64,000 nt of DNA, taken from contig CAIMUX010000087.1 in assembly GCA_903844735.1 (NCBI GenBank), forward strand, positions 4,738-68,737, read 5' to 3'. A model generated the notes under the pieces. That model worked only from the letters and a program-made list of their open reading frames with translations, was not told the origin of the DNA and made no database searches. This DNA comes from Candidatus Eiseniibacteriota bacterium (GTDB lineage: Bacteria; Eisenbacteria; RBG-16-71-46; CAIMUX01). Position numbers and translations under genes: made by a program. This document shows, one piece after another, positions 51,281-61,159 of the stretch (position 1 is the first letter of the stretch; every line of letters begins with the position of its first letter).

Positions 51281-54200
51281 CGGTAACCCTCCGCCCGCCC
51301 GAGCAGCTCATCCAGATCCAAGTTGATGCTGGTCACCGCCCAATCCGGCTCCTGCGTAAACGGCCGGCGCACATAGAACGGCCCCTCGCACCGCTCCTCG
51401 TCAACCAGCACGATCGCTAACAGAAACTTCTCCGCCTGATTGAGCCCGTAGATGATCTCATTGCGCGACACCGTGATCGTCGTCTGTCCTTTGGCCCGTC
51501 CCTTGACCTCGAGATGCCGACACTCCGCCAGCCGCCCCTCTGTCGCCCTCAACGTGCTCGTCACGTCCCACCCGCACTTCTGCGCCGAGACATCCACCAC
51601 CTCGTGTCCGAGGGCGCGTTCAGCGGCCATCACCGTCTCCATGGCGAGCTGCTCGATCCGCGCGCGGGCGAGCGCATCGACGGCCCAGCGCGTGTCGCAG
51701 CGGCGCTGGGCCAGAAGCCCGGCCGGGATGACGAGCGCGCCACCCGCGACCACCGGCGTGGCCGAGATGACGTGGCGCATCGCCTGCAGCTCCTTCGTCC
51801 GCGACTCCAGCCGCACGGTCAGCTCGTCGATCGTCCGACGGGCGTTCTCCAGCGACAGGCGCACGTCGCGCCCGGCGGCCAGGTCGTCCTTCAGCTTGAT
51901 ATACCGGTCGGAGCACGTGTTGATCTCGCGGACCAGCCGCTCGTGGACGGCGGCCAGGGTCTTGTCCACGTGCCGCTCGCGCCGTCCGCGCACTTCGTCG
52001 AAGTGGTCCGGCACGAGGTGGGCCGAGGCGTGGGACAGCGCCACCTGCTCTAAGTCCCGGGTGATCCAGGGCGCCTCGAGGATGTCCTCCACCGATCGCA
52101 GGTCAAACGCGCCGATCGGTTCCAGATCAAGATGCGGCGCCCAGCCGGCGTCGATCGAGTTCCCCTCGGCGTCGATCGCCACGAACTGCATCCGCCGCGA
52201 AACCTCCCGCGACGGGTCGTGCCCTTCTTTCACGGAGTGATCGAGGATGAACATCACCCGCGGCACGACACCCGGGTCGTGGGGGTCCACCAGTACCGCC
52301 CCCTGCTTGAGCTTGTTGCGGTGTTGCTCGAGGGCGAGGTCGGTGACCGCATGCATCAGGGGGTGGCCGGGGTGGAGCAGCTCCGCCCGTGGAGCCCCCG
52401 CCCGATCGAGGAGCCGCACATACTCCTTCTCGAAGCAGACTCGCTCGTACCGGCGCAAGACCGGGTTGAGGCTGCCCCGGTCGCGGCCGGTGATCTGCCG
52501 GTCCCGCTCGCGGATCACGGCCGGGACGTGGGTGATCTCCCAGCGACCGGTCTCCCGGGGACGCAGCTCGCCTCCCAGGCCCTGGAACACCTTGGCAAAG
52601 AACGAGCGGATGAAGAACGGCTGGAGCTTGCGGGCCTCGGCCTTCTCCATCTCCTCCTTGATCGCGAAGAGCCGTTCTTCGTCGATCACCTCGTCGCAAA
52701 GGGCGTTGCGGTGGATGATCGCCCGGAGGTGCTCGGTGTCGAGGACCCCTTCCACCCGGCGCAGGAGCCGGGCGCGGATCTCGGGATCGTCGCCGTAGCG
52801 GACCGCCTCGATCAGGAGTTCGCGCAGGCTCTTCTCCTCGAAGATCTCGCCGAGGATGTCGAAGACCCGGCCGCCGAGCGCCTGACGCTCAACCTCCAGC
52901 TTGTCGAAGAGCCGCTGGAAGACATCTCCCTCCCGCGTCTCGTTGGCCACGAGATTCCATAGGTGGCAGACCTCGGTCTGGCCGATGCGGTGGATGCGGC
53001 CGAACCGCTGCTCCAGCCGGTTGGGGTTCCACGGCAAGTCATAGTTGACCATCAGATTGGCGTTCTGGAGGTTCACGCCCTCGCCCGCGGCGTCGGTGGC
53101 CACGAGGATGCGTGCGGCCGGGTCGTTGCGGAAGATCTCCTGAACCTTGCGCCGCTCCTCGCGCTTCACGCCGCCGTGGATGGTGACGATCGCTTCCGGT
53201 GTGCCGAGCAGTCCGCCGATCTTCTCCTCGAGGTAGTGGATGGTGTCGCGGTGCTCGGAGAAGATGATTAGCTTCCGCTGCCGCCCTTCGGCGTCGCGCA
53301 TCTGTGGGGTGTTCTGGAGCAGCCGCGACAGCTCCTCCCACTTGCGGTCCTGACCGCAGTGGACGAGCACCCGGGCCTGCTCCTCCAGGTGTTCCAGGAT
53401 GAGGATCTCCGCCTCCAGCTCCTGGATCGTCTCGGCGGCGGTGGCGTCGTCCACCAGCGCCGACTCGATCGTCTCCTGCTCCTCGGCGTTCAGGTCATCC
53501 GTGTCGTCGGGTACCGACCACTGCGGCATCTGTGCTAAGACGCTGTCGCCCCGCCGGCCCAGCTTCTCCTCCTCGACCTTCCGCTTGAGCCGGTGGTGGC
53601 GGCGGCGGAGCGACTGGTAGATTGCCTCGGGACTTGAGGCCAGGCGGCGCTGCAGCGAGGTCAGCGCGAAGCCGACCGACCCCTTCCGCTTGCCGTCCGC
53701 CATCTGGTCGACCTTCTTCCACTCCTCCTTCACGTACCCGGTCACCGCCTGGTAGAGCGCGGCTTCGAGGTCGGAGAGCTTGTAGTTGACGGTGTAGGCC
53801 CGCCGCTCCGGGAACAGCGGCGTCCCATCGAACCGCAGCATCTCTTCCTTGACCATCCGCCGCATCAGGTCGCTGACGTCCACCTTGTGCGCCCCGTCCC
53901 TCGGCTTGCCGTAGAAGCGGTCTGTGTCGAGCAGCGACAGGAAGAGCTGGAAGTCCTCCTCCTTGCCGTTGTGCGGCGTCGCGGTCATGAGCAGCAGGTG
54001 GCGGGTGGTCGAGCCGAGCAACTCCCCCAGGTGAAAGCGCTGGGTCTTGTTGATCTTGTTGCCGTAGTAGGTGGCAGCCAGCTTGTGCGCCTCGTCCACG
54101 ACCACGAGATCCCAGCGCGTCTGGGCCAGCTTCTCGTGCAGGTCCTCGTTCCGCGAGAGCTGGTCCAAGCGGGCGATCACCAGCTCGTGATCGTCGAACG

Positions 54201-54783
54201 GGTTGCCCGTGCGGGACTGCTCGACCTGCTCCCGCGTGAAGACCAAAAACGAGAGGCCGAACTTCTCATACATCTCGTCCTGCCACTGCTCGACCAAGCT
54301 GCCGGGGGCCACGATCAACACCCGCCGGGCGTCCGCCCGCATGATCAGCTCGCGGATGTAGAGGCCCGCCATGATCGTCTTGCCGGCGCCGGGGTCGTCC
54401 GCCAGGACCAGCCGCAGCGGTTGTCGGGGCAGCATTGTCTCGTAGACGGCCGTGATCTGGTGGGGCAGCGGCTCCACGTTCGAGGTGTGGATCGCCATCA
54501 TCGGGTCGAAGAGGTGGGCCAGGTTGATCCGGTAGGCCTCGGCGGCGAGCTTGAACTCCTCGCCGGGGGCGTCGAAGGCCCAGGGGCGTCCGGCCTCGGC
54601 CAGGGAGAGGTTGGGCTCGTCGGTGCGGAAGAGCATGCGTTCGAGGAGGCGACCGTCGGCGGTCTTGTAGTAGACCGTCAGGGCGTCGGGGCCGACGGGT
54701 TCGGTCGTGACGACCCGGACCACTAAGTTGGGCTCGATGCCCGTCACGGCGGCGTTCTTGCGGATGTCTTCGAGTTTCAGCAT
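51271..54783 (-). CDS. SNF2-family helicase with C-terminal PD-(D/E)xK-like (DUF3883-like) domain
   Basis: 1170 aa with SNF2_N motifs ([14 protein letters not shown]-like VVVDEAHKL), Helicase_C ([45 protein letters not shown]), and C-terminal [13 protein letters not shown]...CRHLEVKGR resembling a restriction-endonuclease-like fold. Confidence 0.75.
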   Translation of the reverse strand: MLKLEDIRKNAAVTGIEPNLVVRVVTTEPVGPDALTVYYKTADGRLLERMLFRTDEPNLSLAEAGRPWAFDAPGEEFKLAAEAYRINLAHLFDPMMAIHTSNVEPLPHQITAVYETMLPRQPLRLVLADDPGAGKTIMAGLYIRELIMRADARRVLIVAPGSLVEQWQDEMYEKFGLSFLVFTREQVEQSRTGNPFDDHELVIARLDQLSRNEDLHEKLAQTRWDLVVVDEAHKLAATYYGNKINKTQRFHLGELLGSTTRHLLLMTATPHNGKEEDFQLFLSLLDTDRFYGKPRDGAHKVDVSDLMRRMVKEEMLRFDGTPLFPERRAYTVNYKLSDLEAALYQAVTGYVKEEWKKVDQMADGKRKGSVGFALTSLQRRLASSPEAIYQSLRRRHHRLKRKVEEEKLGRRGDSVLAQMPQWSVPDDTDDLNAEEQETIESALVDDATAAETIQELEAEILILEHLEEQARVLVHCGQDRKWEELSRLLQNTPQMRDAEGRQRKLIIFSEHRDTIHYLEEKIGGLLGTPEAIVTIHGGVKREERRKVQEIFRNDPAARILVATDAAGEGVNLQNANLMVNYDLPWNPNRLEQRFGRIHRIGQTEVCHLWNLVANETREGDVFQRLFDKLEVERQALGGRVFDILGEIFEEKSLRELLIEAVRYGDDPEIRARLLRRVEGVLDTEHLRAIIHRNALCDEVIDEERLFAIKEEMEKAEARKLQPFFIRSFFAKVFQGLGGELRPRETGRWEITHVPAVIRERDRQITGRDRGSLNPVLRRYERVCFEKEYVRLLDRAGAPRAELLHPGHPLMHAVTDLALEQHRNKLKQGAVLVDPHDPGVVPRVMFILDHSVKEGHDPSREVSRRMQFVAIDAEGNSIDAGWAPHLDLEPIGAFDLRSVEDILEAPWITRDLEQVALSHASAHLVPDHFDEVRGRRERHVDKTLAAVHERLVREINTCSDRYIKLKDDLAAGRDVRLSLENARRTIDELTVRLESRTKELQAMRHVISATPVVAGGALVIPAGLLAQRRCDTRWAVDALARARIEQLAMETVMAAERALGHEVVDVSAQKCGWDVTSTLRATEGRLAECRHLEVKGRAKGQTTITVSRNEIIYGLNQAEKFLLAIVLVDEERCEGPFYVRRPFTQEPDWAVTSINLDLDELLGRAEGYRCR

Positions 54784-55278
54784 CCGGGGTCGGGCTCTTG
54801 GGTGGTCAGGGGGCCTCCTTCGGTTTCGGGGTCAGCCGGATCCGGGCTGGCCGCGTGCGTCGATCGTTGGGGGATCGTAGGGGATCCTTGGCTGCCGCTC
54901 TAGTGCCGGTTCTTGGCGGTGGACCGGAAACGCGCTGACATCATGCGGGAGGGGGTACGACAGGCGCTGACGGCCCCTCCGAAAACTGCTGGCGCTGGGC
55001 GCGTCATCATCCTCCCTTAGCGGCCACGTCGCTGCGACCATATCGCACAACCTAGTCACCTGGAATGCTGCCATCCGATGGATACGGATGGTCAGCCCGG
55101 CAAGAGCGACCCTGCGGACGCTGCTCTCGCCCGCCACCCTCCCGTGCGAAGCCGCGCGACGACCCGGTCCGCCGCTCAGACTCAAAAACCCGCCGCGCAG
55201 CCCCTCCGGCGATGCCGGTGAGTGCGGGGAGATCTCGGGCGAGCCGGGAGCATGATCGGCGAAAGGGCGGATCGTTTC

Positions 55279-55830
55279 GTGCACCTGCCAGTACGGAAAT
55301 TTACACTGTGAAATGCGATTCAGCATGAAGCGATGCCGAGTCCCCAAAGCCGGCCGCAGCGGAACAAAGACCAGTCTGACGATCTGCACCGGCGGGCGCA
55401 CCAGTGCAGACGGGAGTTCGGAAACCGGCCCGGGTGCGTGCACGATGGCGCGCACCGGTTCAAGAAGTCATCCGACCCTCTGCGAAATGGCGCGAACCGG
55501 TACGGAAATCCGCCCGAGGCTTTGCACAAATGCACCCACCGGTACAAAGATCCGTCGGTCCTCCGCACGATTGCAAACGCCGGTACAAAAAGGCGGCGGG
55601 CCTCCGGCTCGAATGCTTCTACCGGTGCGAAACGTCGCCCGACCCTCCGCACAAATGCGCGAGCCGGTAGAAAACTCGTCCGCTCCTGTGCACAAATGCG
55701 CCCGCCAGTACCAAAAGCTGTCCGACCCTCCGCACGATCGCTTCCCTCATTGCAGAAAGTCGCCCGACCCTCCGCGCGATCACTTCCGTCAGTGAAGAAA
55801 CCCGACCGACCCCGCGCGCTATCCCATTTC
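55279..55830. repeat. Array of about 12-13 degenerate 41-42 bp tandem repeats
   Basis: Units such as gcacaaatgcacccaccggtacaaagatccgtcggtcctcc / gcacaaatgcgcgagccggtagaaaactcgtccgctcctgt / gcacaaatgcgcccgccagtaccaaaagctgtccgaccctcc, with consensus about GCACAAATGCGCNNACCGGTACAAAANNNGTCCGACCCTCC. Open in several frames but with no RBS or start, and no unique spacers, so not CRISPR. Confidence 0.7.
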
Positions 55831-56093
55831 ACTTTTTGAATCTCCACCCGAGCCGGGTCCAGGACGCAACGGGTCTTCCTCCCGCTCGGACCGCCTGCTG
55901 TCAGGCGGAGCCTGCTTCTATGCCGTTCACTGTGAACGGGCCTCTGGCGCTCTCTCCCCGGCAGGCACGAGAGAGAGCCCAAACAGACAAGACCGGGACG
56001 CATCCGGACGCGGTCGTGCTCTCTGCCGAGTAAATCCTTGGATGGTGTCGATGGTGGCGAGCGCGGAAAAGCCCGCGATTACCGGTCGAATAG

Positions 56094-56181
56094 CACGAAA
56101 CCCCGAGGCATCGCCCCGGGGCTCGCGTTGACTGCCTGGCCGACCAAACCTGGTGGGCCAGCCATAGTGGCTCCCCGGGCA
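56094..56181. repeat. Copy C of the hairpin-containing repeat element, with a 3' end identical to the tRNA-Asn 3' end (att-like)
   Basis: cacgaaaccccgaggcatcgccccggggctcgcgttgactgcctggccgaccaaacctggtgggccagccatagtggctccccgggca. The last 16-17 nt (agtggctccccgggca, 56166-56181) are identical to 57483-57498 (reverse complement of the tRNA-Asn 3' end plus 2 flanking nt). Confidence 0.65.
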
Positions 56182-56502
56182 ATACCGTTCTCGAACCGTC
56201 CGGGCGTTCGTGGCAGCCCTCGTTGCGGCCTAACTGATTAGGGATCAATATGGTAAGTCTCACGCTTTGGCGATGACGCCTCCGGTACAGGGCGCGAGAG
56301 ACTGGTTCGCAACCGATCGCGCTCGGCTGACTTCGCGCACACAACCCCGTCCGGGGCGGAAACAGACCGAAGATCCACGGCACGGCTGCTCATCGCTAAC
56401 CGTGCATGCTGTAGTTCAGGACGGAGCAGCTCATGCCACCCTGCGGTCCACCGTGATAGACTAATAGATGCTGCCCCTGGGGGCGCAGGATTGGAGGCAC
56501 AG

Positions 56503-57177
56503 ATGCGATACGCACTTACGCTCAGTTTGGGCGCGCTGCTCCTGGCTGCCGGACCCGCCGATGCCGGCTTCCAGGAGAAGGGCTACATTCCCGGTTCCAT
56601 GCCGGAGAGCCCGAACCTCCCCAGCCCGCCGGTCATGGAGATGAACGGGGATTTCCTGAGCCCTGAGGTGGTAGTCGTCAACCCCCACGACGGCCAGATG
56701 GAAGTTGGAATGGTCGAGTTGGGATCGAGCCAGATCAGTTGGATTCACGTGATGAACTGGCCCGAGCCGCCGGATCGCATCTACTACCTCGACGTGGACG
56801 ATGATGGACTGCTGGACGCAATCATCTCGGCCACGTGCGGCGTGCTCATCGTCGGGTGGTCAGACGAAGCAAGCGCACTTGAGCCAGATGCCGGAGGAGC
56901 GGTGCGGCTCTCGGCCACGGTACGTTCCAACCCCGCCCATGACCAGTGCCAGGTCGCGTTCTCGAACTCTCGCTCCGGACCCGTCTCTGTGGTGCTCTTC
57001 GACTCCTCCGGGCGCCGCATTCGCGAGATCCTGTCCGGGTCTATGCCGCCCGGCTTCTACAGCCCCACCTGGGACGGCCGGGACGACTCCGGAACCGAGG
57101 TTTCCTCCGGGGTCTACTTCGCCAAGATCACGACATCCGAGGGGGAGCAGACGGCGAAGGTGGTGCTAACCAGATGA
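56503..57177 (+). CDS. Small secreted protein with T9SS-type C-terminal sorting domain
   Basis: Signal MRYALTLSLGALLLAAGPADA. The C-terminus VVLFDSSGRRIREILSGSMPPGFYSPTWDGRDDSGTEVSSGVYFAKI...VVLTR fits the Por secretion C-terminal domain pattern and is shared with the M14 peptidase CTD. Confidence 0.6.
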   Translation: MRYALTLSLGALLLAAGPADAGFQEKGYIPGSMPESPNLPSPPVMEMNGDFLSPEVVVVNPHDGQMEVGMVELGSSQISWIHVMNWPEPPDRIYYLDVDDDGLLDAIISATCGVLIVGWSDEASALEPDAGGAVRLSATVRSNPAHDQCQVAFSNSRSGPVSVVLFDSSGRRIREILSGSMPPGFYSPTWDGRDDSGTEVSSGVYFAKITTSEGEQTAKVVLTR

Positions 57178-57484
57178 GGTCGTGTCGTGGTGGGCGTATT
57201 CGTGCCGCCGAGGCGGGGCGCCGCTGGGACCAGAGCTGTATGCTGCGAGAGTGATGTTGAGGAGAGAATCGGACGGTCCCCAGGCGGCTCCTCTGGCCGC
57301 GGGGGGAAGACCCGTGTTTCCCACCGGACCCCCCGGTCGCCCGGTTTCGAACCAGAGATCGCACACGGCCGATGAGAGCCGCGCGAGAATCCCTGCAGAA
57401 GCCGCACACGAAGAAGCCCCGAGAACTCTCGCTCTCAGGGTTCTCCGCTAACAGGCAAATCGCTGAAAGGACGCGAGCTAAGAG

Positions 57485-57559
57485 TGGCTCCCCGGGCAGG
57501 ACTTGAACCTGCAACCCTGCGGTTAACAGCCGCATGCTCTACCATTGAGCTACCGAGGA
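57485..57559 (-). tRNA. tRNA-Asn (anticodon GUU), CCA encoded
   Basis: Reverse complement TCCTCGGTAGCTCAATGGTAGAGCATGCGGCTGTTAACCGCAGGGTTGCAGGTTCAAGTCCTGCCCGGGGAGCCA folds as a 75-nt cloverleaf with 7-bp acceptor stem, 4-bp D-stem, anticodon loop CTGTTAA and GTTCAAGT T-loop. Confidence 0.9.
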
Positions 57560-57819
57560 ACAAACCTGTCGGTGCAAAGATCGTCACCGGCGGGCGCGAC
57601 CTTAAGCCGTGCATCGCCAGGACGCCATCGCGCACCGGAAGATCAAGGCTACAGTCAGCCCCTCTCGATGTCAACCCTCCCCTTCTGGACCTGAGATTCG
57701 GAGCAGGATTCGGGCTTCAGGCTTCGGGAGGGCAGGCCACGAGCTAAGGACCCGTCTGGGCCGGTGGAGATGGCCTTCCACGAATGGCTTAGGGGGACCC
57801 GCCGACGTCCGGTCCGTGG

Positions 57820-59907
57820 CTACCGCACCACCGTGACCCGTCGCGAAGTCGTCTCGTTGCCCGCCTCAAGACGGATCCAGTAGGTCCCCGCCTCCACAGC
57901 TCTGCCGCCCGCATCGCAGCCATCCCAGAGCTCCTGTTGGCCCCGGCCCGCCGCCCGAGGGGTGCCGGCCAGGATCGCCCGCACCTTCCGCCCCGCCACA
58001 TCGTAGATCGCCAGCGAAACAGGGCCTGCCTGTACCAGATCGAACGTCACGCGCAGGGAGGACGTCGTCCGGTCAAGCGGGTTGGGGGACGACGTCAGCC
58101 ACAGCCGCGCCACCGTGGTGTCCGTCGGCGGAACGTCGGTGGAGTCGATCACGAGCGGGAAGTTCAGCGCCTTGGGCCCGCCGAGCGTGACCGGCTGCGT
58201 CAGAGGCGTGTAGCCCGACGCAATCGCCTTCACATCGTACATCGACGAAACGAGCGTCAGGCTGTACTGGCCGGTCGCCGGATCGGTCTGCGTCGTCCCG
58301 ATGATCTGGTCGTTCCCGGGGCGCCTCGCCTCGATCGTGGCCGCGAGCGGTACCCCGGTGCCGGCGGCGGTGACCGCACCGGTCAGCGCATAAGTAGAGG
58401 TGGGCTGGAGCGCCGCGCCGCGCACCGTCATCTGCCCGTCGACCACGGCGACACCGGTGAATGTGAGAGTCTCGTAACCGCTCTTGGTGAAGGTCAGCGT
58501 GTAGATCCCGGGCATGAGCAGGCGGTGATAGTCGCCTACTTGGAGGTCGCTCTTGATGACTTTATTCACCTGCGTGACGTTGACGTCTGCCTCGATGGGC
58601 AGGCCTGTGACCGTATCCGTGACGACACCTTTCACGCCGGTGGCGATGACTCGGTTCATATACCAGAGCATCGAGTCGCGGTTCTGGTTCCAGAACGTAT
58701 CCATCAGGCTCCAGGCGGGCCACTTCGTGGTCGAGACCTCGATGCAGATGTGCAGTTCGTTGCGCCAGTTGTACGACCAATCCTGGAAGCCGCCGTGAAC
58801 GACGTACCAGGCGGCGCCATTGGTGACGCCGTGGACGAAGGGAGGGGTGTTGTTGGCATACATGGGCGGGTTCAAGATGGAGTATCCGATGCCCAACTGC
58901 CAGAAGAGGGCGTCGTCCGGGGCCAGGGCCGTCCGGCAGTCCCACGGGAGGTTCATCACCAGTTCGCCGCTGTGGTAGTTGGCGCCGAGGATGAAGTTCC
59001 GCGGGTACTGGAAGTTCATCAGGTGCTGCACTTCGATCTCGCGCCCGGTCGTCGTGTCGTTCGGATCGCTGACGGGGTCGGGGAAGTTCCGGTTGAGATC
59101 GACGCCGTTTGCGTTGTAGCGCGTCCCGGCGGTCATCCCGTCGGGGTTGCTCATCGGGCAGAACCAGAGCTCGGCGCCGTTGACCAGGTTGGCGATGGCC
59201 GGGTCCGTGCTGTAGTTGTCGATCAGGTAGTGCATCATGCGGCGCGTCAGCTCCATCCCCGTGACCTCGTCGCCGTGGAGGCTCGAGCTGAACTTGAACT
59301 CCGGCTCGTTCTCCTCAATCGTGGCGTTGTCGGAGATTTTCACAAACCAGACGGGGCGGCCCAGGACGCTGTTCCCGATGTTGACGAGCTGGACAAGAGC
59401 GGGGTTGGCGGCGGCGAACTGCTGCAGTTCGGTCGTGAGCTCGGGGTAGGAGTACCAGCGGGTCCAAGTGGCGTCCTTGTTCGGTTTGACGGTGGCCGGG
59501 TCCAGCGCCCCCTCGGCCTCCCATTGACGGTAGACCTGCTCCCACATCTCCTTCGCCTGGTTCGGAACGGGGGTCACGGTGTAGCCGACCGACTGCAGCG
59601 TGGCTCGTTCCGTCTCATTCACGTAGGCGGAGACGGTGCCGGGCCGATCGGGACCGTCGGCGAGGGCCACGCCGTCAACATCGATGTTGAACGTCTCCAG
59701 CATCCGCACTTGTTCGATGTTCTTCACCGGAATCTCGACCGGATAGCGGTCGGAGAAAGCCCCGGCTGCTTCCGGACCGACGCCGACAGCGTGAGCGGAG
59801 GTGACCGCCAGAGCTGCCGCGTTAAGCAGGAACAGGGCGAACAGCACGAGGCCCGCCGCGGCACCCTTGATCTTCGTCCATGGTTCCCGCAGCCCTCGGG
59901 TGCCCAT
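57820..59907 (-). CDS. Secreted M14-family zinc carboxypeptidase with carboxypeptidase-regulatory-like domain and T9SS-type C-terminal domain
   Basis: Internal Met with GGAGGGA RBS gives signal MGTRGLREPWTKIKGAAAGLVLFALFLLNAAALA. M14 motifs SSLHGDEVTG, NPDG and NANGVDLNRNF. C-terminal LAIYDVAGRKVRAILAG...WDGCDAGGRAVEAGTYWIRLE...VTVVR. Confidence 0.8.
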   Translation of the reverse strand: MGTRGLREPWTKIKGAAAGLVLFALFLLNAAALAVTSAHAVGVGPEAAGAFSDRYPVEIPVKNIEQVRMLETFNIDVDGVALADGPDRPGTVSAYVNETERATLQSVGYTVTPVPNQAKEMWEQVYRQWEAEGALDPATVKPNKDATWTRWYSYPELTTELQQFAAANPALVQLVNIGNSVLGRPVWFVKISDNATIEENEPEFKFSSSLHGDEVTGMELTRRMMHYLIDNYSTDPAIANLVNGAELWFCPMSNPDGMTAGTRYNANGVDLNRNFPDPVSDPNDTTTGREIEVQHLMNFQYPRNFILGANYHSGELVMNLPWDCRTALAPDDALFWQLGIGYSILNPPMYANNTPPFVHGVTNGAAWYVVHGGFQDWSYNWRNELHICIEVSTTKWPAWSLMDTFWNQNRDSMLWYMNRVIATGVKGVVTDTVTGLPIEADVNVTQVNKVIKSDLQVGDYHRLLMPGIYTLTFTKSGYETLTFTGVAVVDGQMTVRGAALQPTSTYALTGAVTAAGTGVPLAATIEARRPGNDQIIGTTQTDPATGQYSLTLVSSMYDVKAIASGYTPLTQPVTLGGPKALNFPLVIDSTDVPPTDTTVARLWLTSSPNPLDRTTSSLRVTFDLVQAGPVSLAIYDVAGRKVRAILAGTPRAAGRGQQELWDGCDAGGRAVEAGTYWIRLEAGNETTSRRVTVVR

Positions 59908-60224
59908 AGATCCCTCCCGTGAGTACCTGAAGATGGGTCGTGTCGGATTTCGAGCGCCACTGGCTGGGCGCCTGGACAGAGGATCCTCTATAAGCATAGC
60001 AGATGAAGTGCGCTCCCCCAACGCGGAGATCGTGATTCCGAGGCATCGCGGCGCCCCGATTCCGCCCGATTCCGGTCGCCGGAGCACAGCATCGCCCGCC
60101 GGATCGGCCAGGCTCGGGACCGTTGGGGCGTTGCAGCGGGATCGACGCGCCGATAGACTGCGGGTGGTCTGGACTCGCCCCGTGGAGCAGTCAGACCTCA
60201 TGGAGGTGCGTCGCGGTGGGAAGT

Positions 60225-61100
60225 GTGGTTGCTTGGACGCGGGCTGGAGTTCGCCTCACCTGCCTTCTGATCATCTCTCTGGAAGTAGTATCGGTGGCTT
60301 CGGCCCGGATGAGTCCTGATGCCCCATCGCCCCCTCCCGCCGAATCAGTCCCGTCGACGCCGAGGATCCCGGGTGCCGCAGGCGCGTCAGATTGGCTGCC
60401 TGGCAGTCCGGCCGCCGCGGACTCGGCGGCTGCTGACCGGGCTGCCTCGGGGCGGCCTGGGGCGACCGCGGGGGACGCCCTGCGGCCAGGCGAGGTGATC
60501 GCGAGCGAAGGCAACAAACCCACGACAGGCGCAACCGACACCAAGGCCTCCGCCCCCGGCCGGACGCCGGCGAACCTGTCGAACCTCCCCGGCTCCGCTG
60601 CCGACTTCACGCCTGACTCCTCGACCGGTGTCGCTACTCCCTCCTTTGCCGGCCCTCCCCTGAGCCCTACAACCGCAGACCGCTTCTTGCGGCTGCCCCC
60701 CAACACTGCCACGGGCATCTCGGTCGGCTACCCCGCCTATCCGGGACTCTTCGTCGTGGCCCCGGCCGATGGTCCACTCGCGTTTCGCAGCGGTTTCACC
60801 GGGTTTCCCACCATCGGTCTGCTCTGGACCCCGGGCCTGGAGTACCGCTTCGGCCAGGAGCCGAGCACCCTTTCCCAGAACGGCGTCTATGCGTTCGGCA
60901 ACGCATTTCTCGGTCGAACCTATCTGGAACACGATCGCGGATACGCGGGCGCGGAGGCCGGACTCGGATTTCGCTGGTTCATCGACGACCGGCGCGGGGT
61001 CCGCTGGATCGCGGCCTTGGAGGCGGGCGGCTACTGGCGGGGCGATCCTGTGCGGCCGCGGCATCCCTGTTTGCGATTTCTCTGGACTCTCGTGGAATGA
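60225..61100 (+). CDS. Hypothetical secreted/outer-membrane-like protein with Pro/Ser/Ala-rich N-terminal region; start uncertain
   Basis: In-frame GTG at 60225 would give a signal-like RLTCLLIISLEVVSVASA. The C-terminal region has alternating aromatic beta-strand-like segments (GVYAFGNAFLGRTYLEHDRGYAGAEAGLGFRWFIDD). Confidence 0.35.
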   Translation: MVAWTRAGVRLTCLLIISLEVVSVASARMSPDAPSPPPAESVPSTPRIPGAAGASDWLPGSPAAADSAAADRAASGRPGATAGDALRPGEVIASEGNKPTTGATDTKASAPGRTPANLSNLPGSAADFTPDSSTGVATPSFAGPPLSPTTADRFLRLPPNTATGISVGYPAYPGLFVVAPADGPLAFRSGFTGFPTIGLLWTPGLEYRFGQEPSTLSQNGVYAFGNAFLGRTYLEHDRGYAGAEAGLGFRWFIDDRRGVRWIAALEAGGYWRGDPVRPRHPCLRFLWTLVE

Positions 61101-61159
61101 CGCCATCCGGGCGACCTCGGACCTCCGTCGCCGGGAAACCCGATCGCGCCTGCGCAGCC

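Noticed and set aside
55279-55830. CRISPR array
   Set aside because: The units are contiguous degenerate 42-bp repeats with no unique spacers, and no cas genes are nearby. Classified as a tandem repeat instead.
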